The notes under the pieces were generated by a model that saw nothing but the letters and a program-made list of their open reading frames with translations, was not told where the DNA came from and did not search any database. A program made the position numbers and the translations under genes. Positions 63,866 through 64,000 of a stretch of 64,000 nucleotides of DNA are shown here, one piece after another; within the stretch, counting starts at the first letter, position 1; every line of letters begins with the position of its first letter. Location: contig JAXGPP010000008.1 of assembly GCA_040766885.1 (NCBI GenBank), positions 373,659 to 437,658 of the forward strand, in the 5' to 3' direction. The DNA is from Thermoguttaceae bacterium. GTDB taxonomy: Bacteria; Planctomycetota; Planctomycetia; Pirellulales; Thermoguttaceae.

Positions 63866-64000
63866 GGCCCGTCACCACGAACGCTCGGAAGACGCGCCGT
63901 CGCATGGAAACTCGACAGTGATCCGTGTTCCGTGCCCGGGTGCGCTGTCGACGACGGCGCGGCCGCCGACGGCCGCAGCCCGAGCGCGGAGTCCGGACAC

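Overview
This is a 64-kb window of high-GC (~65%) bacterial chromosome. The gene content is Planctomycetota-like: many Sec/TAT-secreted proteins, FG-GAP and EF-hand proteins, a GH127-like protein with a LamG domain, kaiBC, flotillin/NfeD, and an Hsp70 with a J-domain partner.

The first ~10 kb is a striking RNA-centred accessory locus.
- A sigma-54 activator (GAF, AAA+, HTH) sits at 659-2599, followed by a canonical tRNA-Lys.
- A ~4.1-kb array of about 30 tightly packed, same-strand and largely non-canonical tRNA genes follows at 3430-7494. It covers at least 18 amino acids. An HNH endonuclease gene is embedded in it.
- At 7495-8075 come 4-5 repeated tRNA-like modules that share a conserved bipartite motif (CTCGTCGG ... 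GACTGCCGGTTGGAGTACAT).
- They lie immediately upstream of a TROVE+vWA protein, a Ro60/Rsr orthologue.
- I interpret the modules as candidate Y-RNA (YrlA-like) genes fused to the end of a tRNA array, next to rsr.

The remaining notable features are:
- secreted glycoside hydrolases and a penicillin-acylase-family protein;
- a 120-bp tandem repeat and a GC-rich palindromic non-coding stretch;
- an ~8.4-kb integrative element at tRNA-Ser(GCT), carrying an integrase, a P4-like primase-helicase, AlpA-like excisionases and direct-repeat att sites;
- a kaiC-kaiB-kaiB + PAS hybrid kinase locus;
- a SelD gene that needs read-through of an in-frame TGA (selenocysteine);
- a FabF / hotdog / ACP / FabG / hotdog cluster;
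- three tandem Hsp20 genes, AroH, and NfeD + flotillin.

All calls come from reading the sequence and ORF translations. Coordinates of RNA genes are approximate, to about +/-3 nt.
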